Shown: positions 47,691-58,972 of the stretch, piece after piece
How the letters are laid out: every line of letters starts with the position of its first letter
Position numbering within the stretch: position 1 is the first letter of the stretch
NCBI GenBank assembly: GCA_964203405.1
Contig: CAXNLL010000001.1
Span: 317,814-381,813, forward strand
Reading direction: 5' to 3'
Source of the DNA: Chitinophagales bacterium
Lineage (GTDB): Bacteria; Bacteroidota; Bacteroidia; Chitinophagales; Chitinophagaceae
Length of the DNA stretch: 64,000 bases
The notes under the pieces: model-generated
What the model was told of the DNA's origin: nothing
The model's input: only the letters and a program-made list of their open reading frames with translations
Database searches by the model: none
Translations under genes and position numbers: made by a program

Positions 47691-48710
47691 CTAAGCAGGT
47701 TGCTTTTCAGGGACATCCATAATTTTAACGACCAATTCTTTTAATAAATCGGCATCGGTATTATCTGCGTCATTAATACCTACTACTCTTAAATTATATT
47801 CGTGAATAAGCATAAGTACATGCTCCACTTTTGAATAAGAATACTGCCTTAGTGCTGCTAAATAAATTTTAACTGCAAAAAAAGAAACCCCTACTTCGCT
47901 CATAATTCTTTTTTCATCACTACTATTCAAACCATAAATAGCATAAAGCTTAGAAAAGAATGCATATAAAGTGGGTAGTATTAATTGTATAGGGGCTGCT
48001 TTATTATTGGATTCGAAATATTGAATCATTCGAATGGCTTTGGCAAAGTTTTTTTGGCCCACTGCCTCTTGAAATTCAAAGGCATTGTACTCTTTACTAA
48101 TACCAATGTACTTTTCAATATCATCTTCGGTCATTTTTTTACGATCTCCCAAATTCACAATAAGCTTTTCTAATTCATTTTGTATTCTGCTTAAATCATT
48201 CCCAATATGGTCTACTAAAATTTGTACTGCCTTAGGAGCAATCTGATACCCTCTATCTGCCACCCATTCATTCACCCATTCTGGCAGCTTACTATCATAC
48301 ATTTTTTTAGTAGCAATAAAAGTGGTTTTGGATTTTAAGAGTTTACCAAAGGTTTTACGGCCATCAATATTTTTATCCTTATACGCCACAATTAAAATAG
48401 TAGAAGACAATGGGTTTTCTACATAGGATTCTAACTTTTCTATTTGACCCATTAATTGGGCCTCTTTAATAATAACTACTTGGCGTTCTGCAAAAACAGG
48501 ATACCGTTTACAAGCGTTCATTATATCTGTCCATTCTGCATCCTTGCCATAAAAAATAGTAAGGTTAAAAGCTTGCTCGGCTTCAGGAAGTAGTTGCTTT
48601 TCAGCATAGTCTACAACCTTATCAATATAGTATGCCTCTTCCCCTTCTAGCCAATAAATGGCATCAAAAACATTCTTTTTCCAGTTAGCTATAATTTTAG
48701 AAGTAGGCAT
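47691..48710 (-). CDS. holA: DNA polymerase III delta subunit
   Basis: IYWLEGEEAYYID, AFNLTIFYGKD, VVIIKEAQ, GISKEYNAFE. Confidence 0.9.
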   Translation of the reverse strand: MPTSKIIANWKKNVFDAIYWLEGEEAYYIDKVVDYAEKQLLPEAEQAFNLTIFYGKDAEWTDIMNACKRYPVFAERQVVIIKEAQLMGQIEKLESYVENPLSSTILIVAYKDKNIDGRKTFGKLLKSKTTFIATKKMYDSKLPEWVNEWVADRGYQIAPKAVQILVDHIGNDLSRIQNELEKLIVNLGDRKKMTEDDIEKYIGISKEYNAFEFQEAVGQKNFAKAIRMIQYFESNNKAAPIQLILPTLYAFFSKLYAIYGLNSSDEKRIMSEVGVSFFAVKIYLAALRQYSYSKVEHVLMLIHEYNLRVVGINDADNTDADLLKELVVKIMDVPEKQPA

Positions 48711-48855
48711 ATTCAAATATAAAGATAAGTCATACTTGAATCTTAAATTTTTTAATATAATTAGCTAAAAATCAAGCCCCTATTAACTTAGCCTACAATT
48801 TTTAGTAATCTGTTCTATTTTTTGTATCTTTGAAGCCTTAAACTAAAAAATTTTT

Positions 48856-49764
48856 ATGAGTAACGAATCTTCTAGCATGAGCAGTAAAATAACCATTGGG
48901 GTTTTAATATTAGTTATAATTGGCTCTTGGATCTATTTCAGTAGTTCAAAAGTGGACATTATTACTACCTATGACAACAAAATAGCTGTGATTGACAGTG
49001 CTAAAGCAAAAATTCAAGCTGAATTTATAGAAGTATCTGCTAAAGCAGATTCTTTAACGAATCAAAACACCACCCTTCAAGGTGATTTATTAGACAAGTC
49101 TAATCAAATTCAAAAATTAAAATCTAATATCAGTACTATTTTACGTAAGCAAAATGCTACAGATGTAGAATTAGCAGAAGCTAAAACTTTAATTGCCGAT
49201 TTAAATGGTAAGGTAACAAACCTATTTGCAGACCTTACAAAAGCACAAGCTGAAAACAAAGATTTAACTGCTAAAAACGAAGTTTTAAATACTACGAATA
49301 CAAACTTAAATACGAATTTAACGGCTACTCAAAAAGAGAGAGAAAGATTACAAGATATTGGTTCTACTTTACACGCCTCTACTTTTAGCATTCAAGCTTT
49401 AAGAATTAAAGATGACGGCTCTGAGAAGGTAACGAGCAATACTAAGAGAGCCAATACCATTCGCTTGTCCTTTCAAATTGATAGAAACAAAATTACGCCA
49501 ACAGGATCACAAGAGTTATTTGTGAGTATCACTGGCCCAGATGGTAAAGCATTCAACGAAACGGGTAAAATTAATACTAGAGAAGATGGTGCTAAAGGCT
49601 ATTCTAACAAATTATCAGTTCAATACGAACAAAATAAAGAATTACCTGTAAGCTATGATATCAAAAATGTAAGCTTTACTGAAGGAGAATATTTAGTAGA
49701 AATTTATCATAACGGTTTCAAAATCGGAGAAGGTAAAACTAAATTAACGAAGGGATTATTATAA
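48856..49764 (+). CDS. membrane-anchored coiled-coil hypothetical protein
   Basis: N-terminal TM helix, heptad coiled coil, beta-rich C-terminus. Confidence 0.7.
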   Translation: MSNESSSMSSKITIGVLILVIIGSWIYFSSSKVDIITTYDNKIAVIDSAKAKIQAEFIEVSAKADSLTNQNTTLQGDLLDKSNQIQKLKSNISTILRKQNATDVELAEAKTLIADLNGKVTNLFADLTKAQAENKDLTAKNEVLNTTNTNLNTNLTATQKERERLQDIGSTLHASTFSIQALRIKDDGSEKVTSNTKRANTIRLSFQIDRNKITPTGSQELFVSITGPDGKAFNETGKINTREDGAKGYSNKLSVQYEQNKELPVSYDIKNVSFTEGEYLVEIYHNGFKIGEGKTKLTKGLL

Positions 49765-49770
49765 TTCTTT

Positions 49771-49797
49771 ATTAGATTAGATTAGATTAGATTAGAT
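49771..49797. repeat. (ATTAG)5 simple sequence repeat
   Basis: ATTAGATTAGATTAGATTAGATTAGAT seen directly. Confidence 0.9.
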
Positions 49798-49823
49798 AGA
49801 ACAAAGTCTAAATGAATATTTAC

Positions 49824-49857
49824 AGAAAAGGCCTCCCTTAAAAAGGAGGCCTTTTCT
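49824..49857. terminator. bidirectional intrinsic terminator
   Basis: AGAAAAGGCCTCC/GGAGGCCTTTTCT hairpin between convergent genes. Confidence 0.75.
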
Positions 49858-49894
49858 AATATCACTATTTAATAAAGCAACTACTTTACTAAAT

Positions 49895-50209
49895 CTAGCT
49901 CACTAATTCATTGGTACTGCTAAAATCCTGCATCATACCACCAATAGGTATTTCATTGTAGGATAAAGCATAAAACCATAATTGAATGGCAGCAGGTGAA
50001 ATAGTTTCTACAAAGAAATTCGCTTTGCTTAACAAAGGAATTAATTTGCTGCTAATTTCTTGCATTTCACTACCCTCTTCGGCTAGCGTGTATGCATTGA
50101 GTAAACTTTTCAACTGTGCTAATTCATTGTCCAATAAATGATCGAAGGCGTGCAACTGTATAAATTCCGAAACGGCTTCATACAACATTGCTTTGTTAGT
50201 AGCTTTCAT
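49895..50209 (-). CDS. hypothetical protein
   Basis: 104-aa ATG ORF followed by a terminator; no family recognised. Confidence 0.55.
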   Translation of the reverse strand: MKATNKAMLYEAVSEFIQLHAFDHLLDNELAQLKSLLNAYTLAEEGSEMQEISSKLIPLLSKANFFVETISPAAIQLWFYALSYNEIPIGGMMQDFSSTNELVS

Positions 50210-50400
50210 ACATTTTGTTTTTTAGGTTTTGGATTACAACGCAAAGTTCATAACTAATTGTTATCTAATTGTTACCAATGCTCAGTTCTACTTAAATGTG
50301 GAAAACTTGACTGAAAATGTTCGTAGGGATATTAATATTGATTCATCAATAAATAAAGTATTGACATTGAGTAGGTTAAATACAATAATGTATTTAGAAT

Positions 50401-52341
50401 TTATACTAAAACGATAGCAGATAAGGCTGGTAAGTTCAACAAAACCTGGTTCCATTCTCCCTTTTCATCTTGAGGATGCAAAACAATACTTGTATTGGTC
50501 AAGTCTCCAGTGCCTCCATATTTTTTAGCATCAGAGTTGAAAATTTCTTTCCAAACTTTTTTTTCTGCTACATGAATCGGGAATTGATGTCTAGGAACGG
50601 GTGTCATATTCATCACCACCAAAATATCATTTTCAGGCTTTAAGCCTTTTCTTTTAAAAGCAATGACTGCCTCTTCTCTTTTATTAATCTCTACCCATTC
50701 AAAACCATTAGGATCAAATTGCAGCTCAAATAAGGCAGGATTGTTTTTATATATTTCATTTAAGGCTTGCACCGTTTTGCGCATTCCCGCATGTGATTCT
50801 ATTGTAAGTAAGTCCCATTGTAATTCAGTAGTATAATTCCATTCCTTGGTAGCCGCAAATTCATTACCCATAAATAATAGCTTAGCACCAGGATGCATAA
50901 ACATATAAGTATACATAAGTCTTAAATTCGCAAATTTCTGCCAGTCATCTCCAGGCATTTTATAAATCATGGGGCTTTTACCATGTACGACTTCATCATG
51001 GCTTAAAGGCAACATAAAACTTTCGTCATAAAAATACATCATGGAAAAAGAAAACTTATCCTGTTGCATAGACCTAAACAAAGGATCCAATTTAAAATAA
51101 TCCAAAGTATCATGCATCCAACCCATCATCCATTTCATACCAAAGCCCAAGCCGTCCATAAATGTGGGTTTGCTTATGCCCGGCCAGTCAGAGGCTTCCT
51201 CTGCAATGGTTTGTATATAAGGAAAGTCTCGGTATAGAGTTTCATTTAAGTCCTTTATAAAAGCAATGGCTTCTATATTTCCATTACCCCCAAATTCATT
51301 GGGCTCCCACTCGCCTTCTTCCCTGCTATAATCCAATTTTAACATAGAACTTACCGCGTCTACCCTTAAGCCGTCAATATGGAATTGATCACACCAAAAA
51401 CGTGCACTACTAATTAAAAAAGATTTCACCTCTCCTCTTTTATAATTGAATATATAAGAGTTCCAATCGGGATGATAGCCCTTTCGCATATCGGCATACT
51501 CATAAGTATTGGTGCCATCAAACATAAACAAGCCATGGGCATCGTAAGGAAAATGAGAAGGCACCCAGTCTAGAATAACACCAATTTCTGCTGCATGAAA
51601 TGCTTCTACTAAGGCAGCAAACTCTTGCGGATTTCCAAAACGAGAAGTGGGTGCAAAAAAACCTACCCCTTGATAACCCCAGCTACCATCAAATGGATGT
51701 TCCATCACAGGCATGAATTCGACATGTGTAAAACCCATTTCTTTTACATAAGGAACAAGTAAGCTAATAAGTTGGGTATAGGAATTATAAGAACTCTCAT
51801 CGTTTTTATTGGGGCGCATCCAACTAGCCAAATGCACTTCATAGACAGAATAAGGTTGGTCGGTTCTGTTTTTAATTTTTCTTTGTTCTATCCACTTGGT
51901 ATCCTTCCAAGCATAATTCGTTTGCCAAGTAATAGAAGCGGTCAGGGGCCTTAGCTCCCAATAATTGGCAAAGGGGTCACCTTTGTCAAGCTTCACCCCT
52001 TTATAGCCATGAATATGGTATTTATATACTTCGCCATGGTGAATACCTGTAATAAACCCTTCCCAAATACCAGAACTATCTTGTCTAACTTTTAATAAAT
52101 GGGTTTCATTATTCCAATCATTAAAATTTCCTTTCACATAAACTGCTGTTGCATTAGGTGCCCAAACAGCAAAGTAAGTTCCCTTCTTACCTGAGACTTC
52201 TATTTGTTTGTTGCCAAATAAGGTATACAATGAATAGTGTGTACCGTTTTGAAAATTATGCACATCTTCATCTGTAAATAAAGAGTAATTCCAAACAGCT
52301 TGTTTGGTATCTACAAAATGAATATCCTCGTATTTTGGCAT
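50401..52341 (-). CDS. glgB: 1,4-alpha-glucan branching enzyme
   Basis: FAVWAPNA, YEVHLASW, WGYQ, GLRVDAV, LSHDEVVHGK. Confidence 0.96.
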   Translation of the reverse strand: MPKYEDIHFVDTKQAVWNYSLFTDEDVHNFQNGTHYSLYTLFGNKQIEVSGKKGTYFAVWAPNATAVYVKGNFNDWNNETHLLKVRQDSSGIWEGFITGIHHGEVYKYHIHGYKGVKLDKGDPFANYWELRPLTASITWQTNYAWKDTKWIEQRKIKNRTDQPYSVYEVHLASWMRPNKNDESSYNSYTQLISLLVPYVKEMGFTHVEFMPVMEHPFDGSWGYQGVGFFAPTSRFGNPQEFAALVEAFHAAEIGVILDWVPSHFPYDAHGLFMFDGTNTYEYADMRKGYHPDWNSYIFNYKRGEVKSFLISSARFWCDQFHIDGLRVDAVSSMLKLDYSREEGEWEPNEFGGNGNIEAIAFIKDLNETLYRDFPYIQTIAEEASDWPGISKPTFMDGLGFGMKWMMGWMHDTLDYFKLDPLFRSMQQDKFSFSMMYFYDESFMLPLSHDEVVHGKSPMIYKMPGDDWQKFANLRLMYTYMFMHPGAKLLFMGNEFAATKEWNYTTELQWDLLTIESHAGMRKTVQALNEIYKNNPALFELQFDPNGFEWVEINKREEAVIAFKRKGLKPENDILVVMNMTPVPRHQFPIHVAEKKVWKEIFNSDAKKYGGTGDLTNTSIVLHPQDEKGEWNQVLLNLPALSAIVLV

Positions 52342-52414
52342 AATTATTTCGTTAATTCAATCACTTGCATGGTCAAGGCACCTATATAAAATTCGTTTCC
52401 TATTTTTTGATCCA

Positions 52415-53698
52415 TTATATTATATATCCATTCGGTATCACTGCTCCTTTTTTAACCACCACTATCCCATCTTTAATGGTGTATAAAGGGTGATCCACTT
52501 TTTCTAAATGTGCTCCTCCTTTTATAGTTACATCGTTTCCAATAGAACAGTTTTTATCAATGATCGCATCTTCAATTATACATCTTTCTCCAATACCTAA
52601 AATGGGGGCTCCTTTTTTATTCTTCTCATTGATCTGTTCAATATTTTCATAATAATCACAACCCATGATATAGGTATTCTTAATCACTGTGTCTTTCCCA
52701 ATTCTTGTACGAATACCCACCACTGAATTAGCTACTTCCTTTGCATGAATAATACAACCCTCCGCCAAAATGGCTTTATTAATAATAGTACCACTTACTT
52801 TTGCGGGCGGTAGCATTCTAGCCCTAGTATACACTTTTTGTGCACTATCGAATAAATTAAACAAAGGAACATCTTGTGTTAAAGCAATATTGGCTTCAAA
52901 AAAAGAATAAATATTTCCAATATCGGTCCAATAACCATCATACTGATAACTCAATACTTTATAGTGTGCAATAGAGTCTGGAATAATTTCTTTTCCAAAA
53001 TCGGTAGCATTAGGATGTACTTCATTTAAGAATTGATGCAGTATTTCTTTATTAAATACATAAATACCCATGGAAGCTAAATAATTACGACCCTGCGCTT
53101 TCATTTCACTACCCGTATCGCTTGTCCAATCTTTTAATATTTCTTTTTTTGGCTTTTCTACAAAAGAAGTAATTACATTTTCTTCATTCGATTTTAATAT
53201 ACCAAACTCTGGCGCCTCTCTTTCCCCCACTGGAATAGTGGCAATAGTTAAAGCTGCACCAGTTTTTTTATGCGCATCAATCATCTTGCTAAAATCCATT
53301 TGATATAATTGATCTCCACTTAATATAAGCACATAGTCAAAATCCATTTTAGCTAAATGTCTTAAAGACTGTCTCACTGCATCGGCCGTACCTTGAAACC
53401 ATCCCGGATTATCGGGTGTTTGTTCTGCAGCTAGTATATCTACAAAACCAGAACTAAAAGCACTAAAATGATAAGTATTTTTAATATGCTGATTCAAAGA
53501 AGCAGAATTAAATTGTGTTAACACAAATATTCTATTCAAATTACTATTGATACAATTGCTAATGGGTATATCTACTAAACGATACTTACCTCCAATGGGT
53601 ACAGCAGGTTTGGATCTGCTGGCTGTAAGTGGGTACAATCTTGAACCCGCACCGCCTCCTAATATAATAGAAACTGTTTCTTTTGCAAATATTGGCAT
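52415..53698 (-). CDS. glgC: glucose-1-phosphate adenylyltransferase
   Basis: GGGAGSRLYPLT, KPAVP, FQGTADAVR, FVEKP. Confidence 0.96.
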   Translation of the reverse strand: MPIFAKETVSIILGGGAGSRLYPLTASRSKPAVPIGGKYRLVDIPISNCINSNLNRIFVLTQFNSASLNQHIKNTYHFSAFSSGFVDILAAEQTPDNPGWFQGTADAVRQSLRHLAKMDFDYVLILSGDQLYQMDFSKMIDAHKKTGAALTIATIPVGEREAPEFGILKSNEENVITSFVEKPKKEILKDWTSDTGSEMKAQGRNYLASMGIYVFNKEILHQFLNEVHPNATDFGKEIIPDSIAHYKVLSYQYDGYWTDIGNIYSFFEANIALTQDVPLFNLFDSAQKVYTRARMLPPAKVSGTIINKAILAEGCIIHAKEVANSVVGIRTRIGKDTVIKNTYIMGCDYYENIEQINEKNKKGAPILGIGERCIIEDAIIDKNCSIGNDVTIKGGAHLEKVDHPLYTIKDGIVVVKKGAVIPNGYII

Positions 53699-53726
53699 AT
53701 TAAAAATTTAATATTTTATAATTTAT

Positions 53727-55142
53727 TTATACAATTGATTGATATACTTTTTTATAAGCAGCAATGACCGATTCCCAACTATGATCCAATTGCATGGCTG
53801 TTTGAATCATCGCTTTCATCTGCTTTTTATTTTTATATAATTCAATGGCTCTTTCAATAGAATACACAATATCTGCTTCACTGGCATGTAAAAATTTAAT
53901 GCCAAAACCTCCTGCATCTCCCATATCAATGACTGTATCATGCAAACCTCCCGTATCTCTCACTATGGGAATAGTTCCATAACGGAGTGCATATAATTGA
54001 TTTAATCCGCAAGGCTCTACTCTTGAGGGCATTAATAAAAAGTCGGCTGCTGCATAGGCCTCATGTCCTATCTTTTCATCATAGCCAATAAAAGTATTGT
54101 ACTGACCTGGATACAATTGCACTAAATAATTTAAGGCCGATTCAGTGGCTGTATCTCCAGCACCAATTATAAAAAAATTGGCACCGAGCTTGGTTTTATC
54201 TAATGCATGTTGAATAGCCCCAGGTAAAACATCGGCGGCCTTCTCTGCAACTAATCTTCCAATAAAAACGATAAGTGGCTTGGTATTATCTAAATTATAT
54301 TTTGTACAAATTGCATTTTTATTTTTTTGTTTTCCTTCTTGTACGGTGCTACTATTATAATGAAAAGGCACCATTGTATCTGTAGCCGGATCCCAAATTT
54401 CATTATCTATTCCATTTAATATGCCAACACATTTACTTATTTCATTTTTAAATAATAATTCTAACCCATTAGAAGCTGTTGTTAACTGCAGCATATAAGT
54501 AGGACTCACTGTAGTAATTTTATCGGCGCATTTAACTGCAGAAGCTAAAGAATTAATGCAGTCCCCCCACTCTAGTAAACCTTTTTTATTTATATCCCAT
54601 CTGGGAATTAAAATACTTTTATCCCAACCCATGGCACCTTGGTATTGTGCATTGTGTATACTGAAAATCGTTTTTAAGTTTTTTAATTTTTTATAATCAT
54701 AGCAATGTTTCATCATAAAAGGAATAAGTCCTGCGTGATGATCATGACAATGCACAATAGAAGGAAGCTCGGTCCAATGACTTAACCAATTCACAACAGC
54801 TACTTGAAATCCAATGAACCTATCTATATCATCGGCATAGCCATAAATTTTAGGACGGTCTAGTAATCCATTAATATCAACCAGATATAAATCGTAACCT
54901 AGCTTACCTGTACTTTCTTTAATAATGGTATAATCGAAAAACCAAGTCCCTAAATTGGTATTCCCTTTATACTGTACCTCCCAATTATTTTCTTGTAAAA
55001 AAGGTGTTTTATACATAGGCATAATCACCAACCCTTTATCGCCCTGCTTGTTTTGATATTTTGGTAGCGCCCCTACCACATCACCCAATCCTCCAGCCTT
55101 TGCCATAGGGTAACATTCTGCACTTACATGTACTATCACCAT
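53727..55142 (-). CDS. glgA: glycogen synthase
   Basis: AKAGGLGDV, HCHDHH, GILNGID, MPSRVEPCGLNQ. Confidence 0.95.
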   Translation of the reverse strand: MVIVHVSAECYPMAKAGGLGDVVGALPKYQNKQGDKGLVIMPMYKTPFLQENNWEVQYKGNTNLGTWFFDYTIIKESTGKLGYDLYLVDINGLLDRPKIYGYADDIDRFIGFQVAVVNWLSHWTELPSIVHCHDHHAGLIPFMMKHCYDYKKLKNLKTIFSIHNAQYQGAMGWDKSILIPRWDINKKGLLEWGDCINSLASAVKCADKITTVSPTYMLQLTTASNGLELLFKNEISKCVGILNGIDNEIWDPATDTMVPFHYNSSTVQEGKQKNKNAICTKYNLDNTKPLIVFIGRLVAEKAADVLPGAIQHALDKTKLGANFFIIGAGDTATESALNYLVQLYPGQYNTFIGYDEKIGHEAYAAADFLLMPSRVEPCGLNQLYALRYGTIPIVRDTGGLHDTVIDMGDAGGFGIKFLHASEADIVYSIERAIELYKNKKQMKAMIQTAMQLDHSWESVIAAYKKVYQSIV

Positions 55143-55306
55143 GAGCACTTTTAATTTGATTAAATTTACTTCATTGTGCTTAAAACTCCTTGTTTTTCAG
55201 CAGTTAATTCTAATTATTTGTAGATAGATTTTTATCCTTTTTACACATTGAATTATAATTTTAAGTATTTTACGGAATCGATTTAACGATTAAACTAACG
55301 AATCTT

Positions 55307-56995
55307 ATGAGCCAAACCAAACAACCCACCAATTCAGGTGCATTATCTACCCTTGTAGTGGTGTTCTTTTTCTGGGGCTTTATTGCTTCAAGCAATAGTG
55401 TCTTTATCCCTTTTTGTAAGCATAAATTTAACCTTGATCAATTTCAAAGTCAATTAGTGGATTTTGCTTTCTACCTAGCCTATTATGTAGGTGCCTTAGG
55501 CTTATTTGCTTATGGAGCATTTGGCGGCAAGGACTTAGTAGGTAAATGGGGTTATAAAAAAAGTATTGTCTATGGCTTACTATTTTCTGCTATTGGTGCA
55601 GCTGCCATGATTATTGCAGTGAATGCAAACACCTTTACAGGCATGTTAGTAGGTTTATTTATAGTGGCTTTAGGATTTTCTTTACAACAAACCGCAGCCC
55701 AACCTTTTGCGATTGCCTTAGGTGACCCTTCTACTGGGGCAAGCCGTGTGAACCTAGCGGGTGGTATTAATTCCTTTGGGACCTCTATTGGGCCCATTGT
55801 GGTAGCCCTTGCCTTATTTGGAAGTGCAGCAGCTATTACCGATGATCAAATTGCTGCATTAAGCTTAAGCAAAGTGGTGATATTGTATACAGCCGTGGGT
55901 ATTTTATTTTTAGCCGCTGCTGCTATGTTTCATTTCTCTAAGAAAGTTCCTCCAGGAATTTCTGAAGAAAAAATTGAACCCGCTAATAAAGCATTGTACT
56001 TGTTATTAATCATGACAGGTGTATTAATAGTCATGTTCGTACCTATTTTTAGTAGTTATAAAATTGATCCTACCACTTTAACCGATGCAGGAAGACATGA
56101 TTTAGAAACCACGCGTTTAAAATGGTTATTTGGTGCTTTAGCGACTGTGGTAGTGGGTTTATTATACGCTAACTTTCAAGCACAGAAAAATGAAAATGGT
56201 TGGGGTGCTATGAAATACCCTCAATTAGTTTTAGGTATGCTTGCCTTATTTGTATATGTGGGTGCTGAAGTTTCCATTGGTTCTAACTTAGGAGAATTAT
56301 TAAAGCAAGCCGATTTTGGAAGTATCCCTTCTTCAAAAATTGCTCCTTATATTTCAATGTATTGGGGTAGCATGATGATTGGTCGATGGGCAGGTGCCAT
56401 TTCAGCATTCGAGTTTAAAAGCAATACTAAAAAAATGTTAACGGTCATTGTTCCTTTAGTAGCCTTTGGAATTGTAATTGCTGTAAATAGTATCGCACAA
56501 TACGACATGACTCCACTTTATATGTATATCGTTTGTATATTTATTCAAATTGTGGCCTTCTTCTTAAGTCAAGACAAACCTGCTAAAACTTTATTAATAT
56601 TTAGTTTAATTGGCGTTATCTCTATGTTAATTGGGGTATTCACGAAAGGAGATATTGCTATTTATGCTTTCTTAACAGGAGGTATTGCTTGTTCTATTAT
56701 GTGGCCTTGTATTTTTGCCTTATCTATTGCAGGCATTGGAAAGTATACCACACAAGGTGCTGCCTTTTTAATAATGATGATTTTAGGGGGCGGTATTATT
56801 CCTCCTATCCAAGGTAAATTATCTGACTTCTTACAATCTTCTCATTTAGATACACCAGGTTATGGTATTCATAATTCTTTCTGGGTACCTGTTTTCTGTT
56901 TTGCTTATATTTTAGTATTTGCCATTGCAGTAAAAGGTATTTTAAAGAAGCAAGGAATTAATTATGAAGAAACAGAAGCAGTAGCAGGACATTAA
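55307..56995 (+). CDS. MFS sugar transporter (FucP/GluP-like)
   Basis: FFFWGF, LGMLALFVYVGAEV, SIMWPCIF, GGGIIPPIQG; many TM helices. Confidence 0.85.
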   Translation: MSQTKQPTNSGALSTLVVVFFFWGFIASSNSVFIPFCKHKFNLDQFQSQLVDFAFYLAYYVGALGLFAYGAFGGKDLVGKWGYKKSIVYGLLFSAIGAAAMIIAVNANTFTGMLVGLFIVALGFSLQQTAAQPFAIALGDPSTGASRVNLAGGINSFGTSIGPIVVALALFGSAAAITDDQIAALSLSKVVILYTAVGILFLAAAAMFHFSKKVPPGISEEKIEPANKALYLLLIMTGVLIVMFVPIFSSYKIDPTTLTDAGRHDLETTRLKWLFGALATVVVGLLYANFQAQKNENGWGAMKYPQLVLGMLALFVYVGAEVSIGSNLGELLKQADFGSIPSSKIAPYISMYWGSMMIGRWAGAISAFEFKSNTKKMLTVIVPLVAFGIVIAVNSIAQYDMTPLYMYIVCIFIQIVAFFLSQDKPAKTLLIFSLIGVISMLIGVFTKGDIAIYAFLTGGIACSIMWPCIFALSIAGIGKYTTQGAAFLIMMILGGGIIPPIQGKLSDFLQSSHLDTPGYGIHNSFWVPVFCFAYILVFAIAVKGILKKQGINYEETEAVAGH

Positions 56996-57019
56996 TAATA
57001 ATTTAAATAAAAATAGAGC

Positions 57020-57970
57020 ATGGATTCTTTTGTAGCGGGCGTTGATATTGGGGGTACAGGTACCAAGTTTGGTATAGTTGATAATTTAGGGAATGTATTG
57101 TCCTCTGATACGATGTCCACTAGAGGGCATGCAGATATTCATGCTTATATAGATGAGTTGTATGATAAACTAATGATCCTTATTGATAAAGTGGGTGGCG
57201 TGGGCCGTATTAAAGGAATTGGCGTAGGTGCTCCTAATGGAAATGTATATACAGGTACCATTGAATATGCGCCTAATCTTCCATGGAAAGGAATCATTCC
57301 TTTGGCAAAACTCATTCAAGATAAATTTAAGTTGCCTGTAAAATTAACCAACGATGCCAATGCTGCTGCAGTAGGTGAAATGACTTATGGTGCAGCAAAA
57401 GGCATGAAAAATTTTATTTTAATTGCCTTGGGCACTGGTGTAGGTAGTGGTATTGTTGCAGGTGGAGAATTAATTTATGGACACGATGGAATGGCAGGTG
57501 AATTAGGTCATACTATTATTATTCCTGACGGACGTATTCATCCTGGAACTGGCAAAAAAGGTTCTTTAGAAAGTTATGCTTCTGCAACAGGGGTGGCAAC
57601 ATCAGCAGTTGAAATTTTAAATACTACAGACAGACCTAGTACACTCAGAAATATTCCTATTGATAAAATAGATTCTAAAGCTGTATTTGAAGCGGCAACT
57701 GCAGGTGATGAAGTGGCCAAAGAAGTATTTGAATACACGGGTAGAATACTTGGTATTTCTTTAGCCAACTTTATAATGTTCTCTAGCCCTGAAGCCATTA
57801 TTTTATTCGGAGGATTAACGAAAGCAGGTGATTTAATTTTAAAACCTACACGTGAACATATGGAAGCGAACTTAATTGAAGTGTTCCAAAATAAAATTAA
57901 AATACTAGTAAGTCATTTGAAAGAATCTGACGCAGCCATCTTAGGTGCAAGCGCCCTAATGTGGGAGTAA
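57020..57970 (+). CDS. ROK family sugar kinase (glucokinase-like)
   Basis: [31 protein letters not shown]. Confidence 0.9.
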   Translation: MDSFVAGVDIGGTGTKFGIVDNLGNVLSSDTMSTRGHADIHAYIDELYDKLMILIDKVGGVGRIKGIGVGAPNGNVYTGTIEYAPNLPWKGIIPLAKLIQDKFKLPVKLTNDANAAAVGEMTYGAAKGMKNFILIALGTGVGSGIVAGGELIYGHDGMAGELGHTIIIPDGRIHPGTGKKGSLESYASATGVATSAVEILNTTDRPSTLRNIPIDKIDSKAVFEAATAGDEVAKEVFEYTGRILGISLANFIMFSSPEAIILFGGLTKAGDLILKPTREHMEANLIEVFQNKIKILVSHLKESDAAILGASALMWE

Positions 57971-58882
57971 AATTTCTTCTAACCATTTGTTTCTACCCCA
58001 GCCTGCTATCACATGTTTTTCTGAATGATAAGACGACCTTACTAAGGGCCCACTTTCTACATAGTCAAATCCTAACTCGTAGCCTATTTGTCTTAGTTCA
58101 GCAAATTCATCGGGATGTACAAATCTTTGAACAGCTAAATGTTTTTTAGTAGGTTGCAAGTATTGGCCCAAGGTTAATACATCGGTTCCAACAGAAACTA
58201 AATCTTTCATGGTTTGTATCACTTCTTCTTTCTGTTCTCCAATACCTAACATGATACCGGTTTTGGTGCGCATGCCTCCTTTTTTCAAAGTCTCTAGCAC
58301 GCCTAAGCTTCTTCTATACTTTGCTTGTACCCTTACTTTCTGTGTAATTCTTTCCACTGTCTCCATATTATGACTCACCACTTCAGGAGCTGCTTCAATG
58401 ATTCGATTAATTTGTTCTTCTATACCTCTGAAATCGGGAATTAAAGTTTCTAAAGTAGTAGTGGGCGTAAGTGTTTTAATGGCTTTAATGGTATTGTACC
58501 ATATAATGGAACCTCCATCTGCTAATTCATCTCTGTCCACACTAGTAAGTACTGCATGTTTTACTTTCATTAATAAAATAGCTTCTGCTACTCTTTGTGG
58601 TTCGTCCCACTCTACTGCTTTAGGACGCCCTGTAGCTACTGCACAAAACTGACAGCTTCTTGTACAAATATTACCCAATATCATAAATGTAGCCGTGCCT
58701 TCGCCCCAACACTCTCCCATATTCGGGCAATTGCCACTTTCACAAATGGTATGTAGTTTATGCTTGTCCACTAACCCACGAACATGCTTGTAACTTTCCC
58801 CAATAGGTAGCTTTACTCTTAACCAATCTGGTTTTTTTATTCTAGTATCTTTCTCAGCGCTTACGATGGGTAATTCTTGCAT
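57956..58882 (-). CDS. lipA: lipoyl synthase
   Basis: [34 protein letters not shown]. Confidence 0.96.
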   Translation of the reverse strand: MQELPIVSAEKDTRIKKPDWLRVKLPIGESYKHVRGLVDKHKLHTICESGNCPNMGECWGEGTATFMILGNICTRSCQFCAVATGRPKAVEWDEPQRVAEAILLMKVKHAVLTSVDRDELADGGSIIWYNTIKAIKTLTPTTTLETLIPDFRGIEEQINRIIEAAPEVVSHNMETVERITQKVRVQAKYRRSLGVLETLKKGGMRTKTGIMLGIGEQKEEVIQTMKDLVSVGTDVLTLGQYLQPTKKHLAVQRFVHPDEFAELRQIGYELGFDYVESGPLVRSSYHSEKHVIAGWGRNKWLEEILLPH

Positions 58883-58972
58883 ATATCTTCTCAATAATCT
58901 GGCACAAAAATACAAGACTTGCAGTATATAATGGCCTTTTAAGGTTAAAAATTATATCTTATCTTCGTCTAA

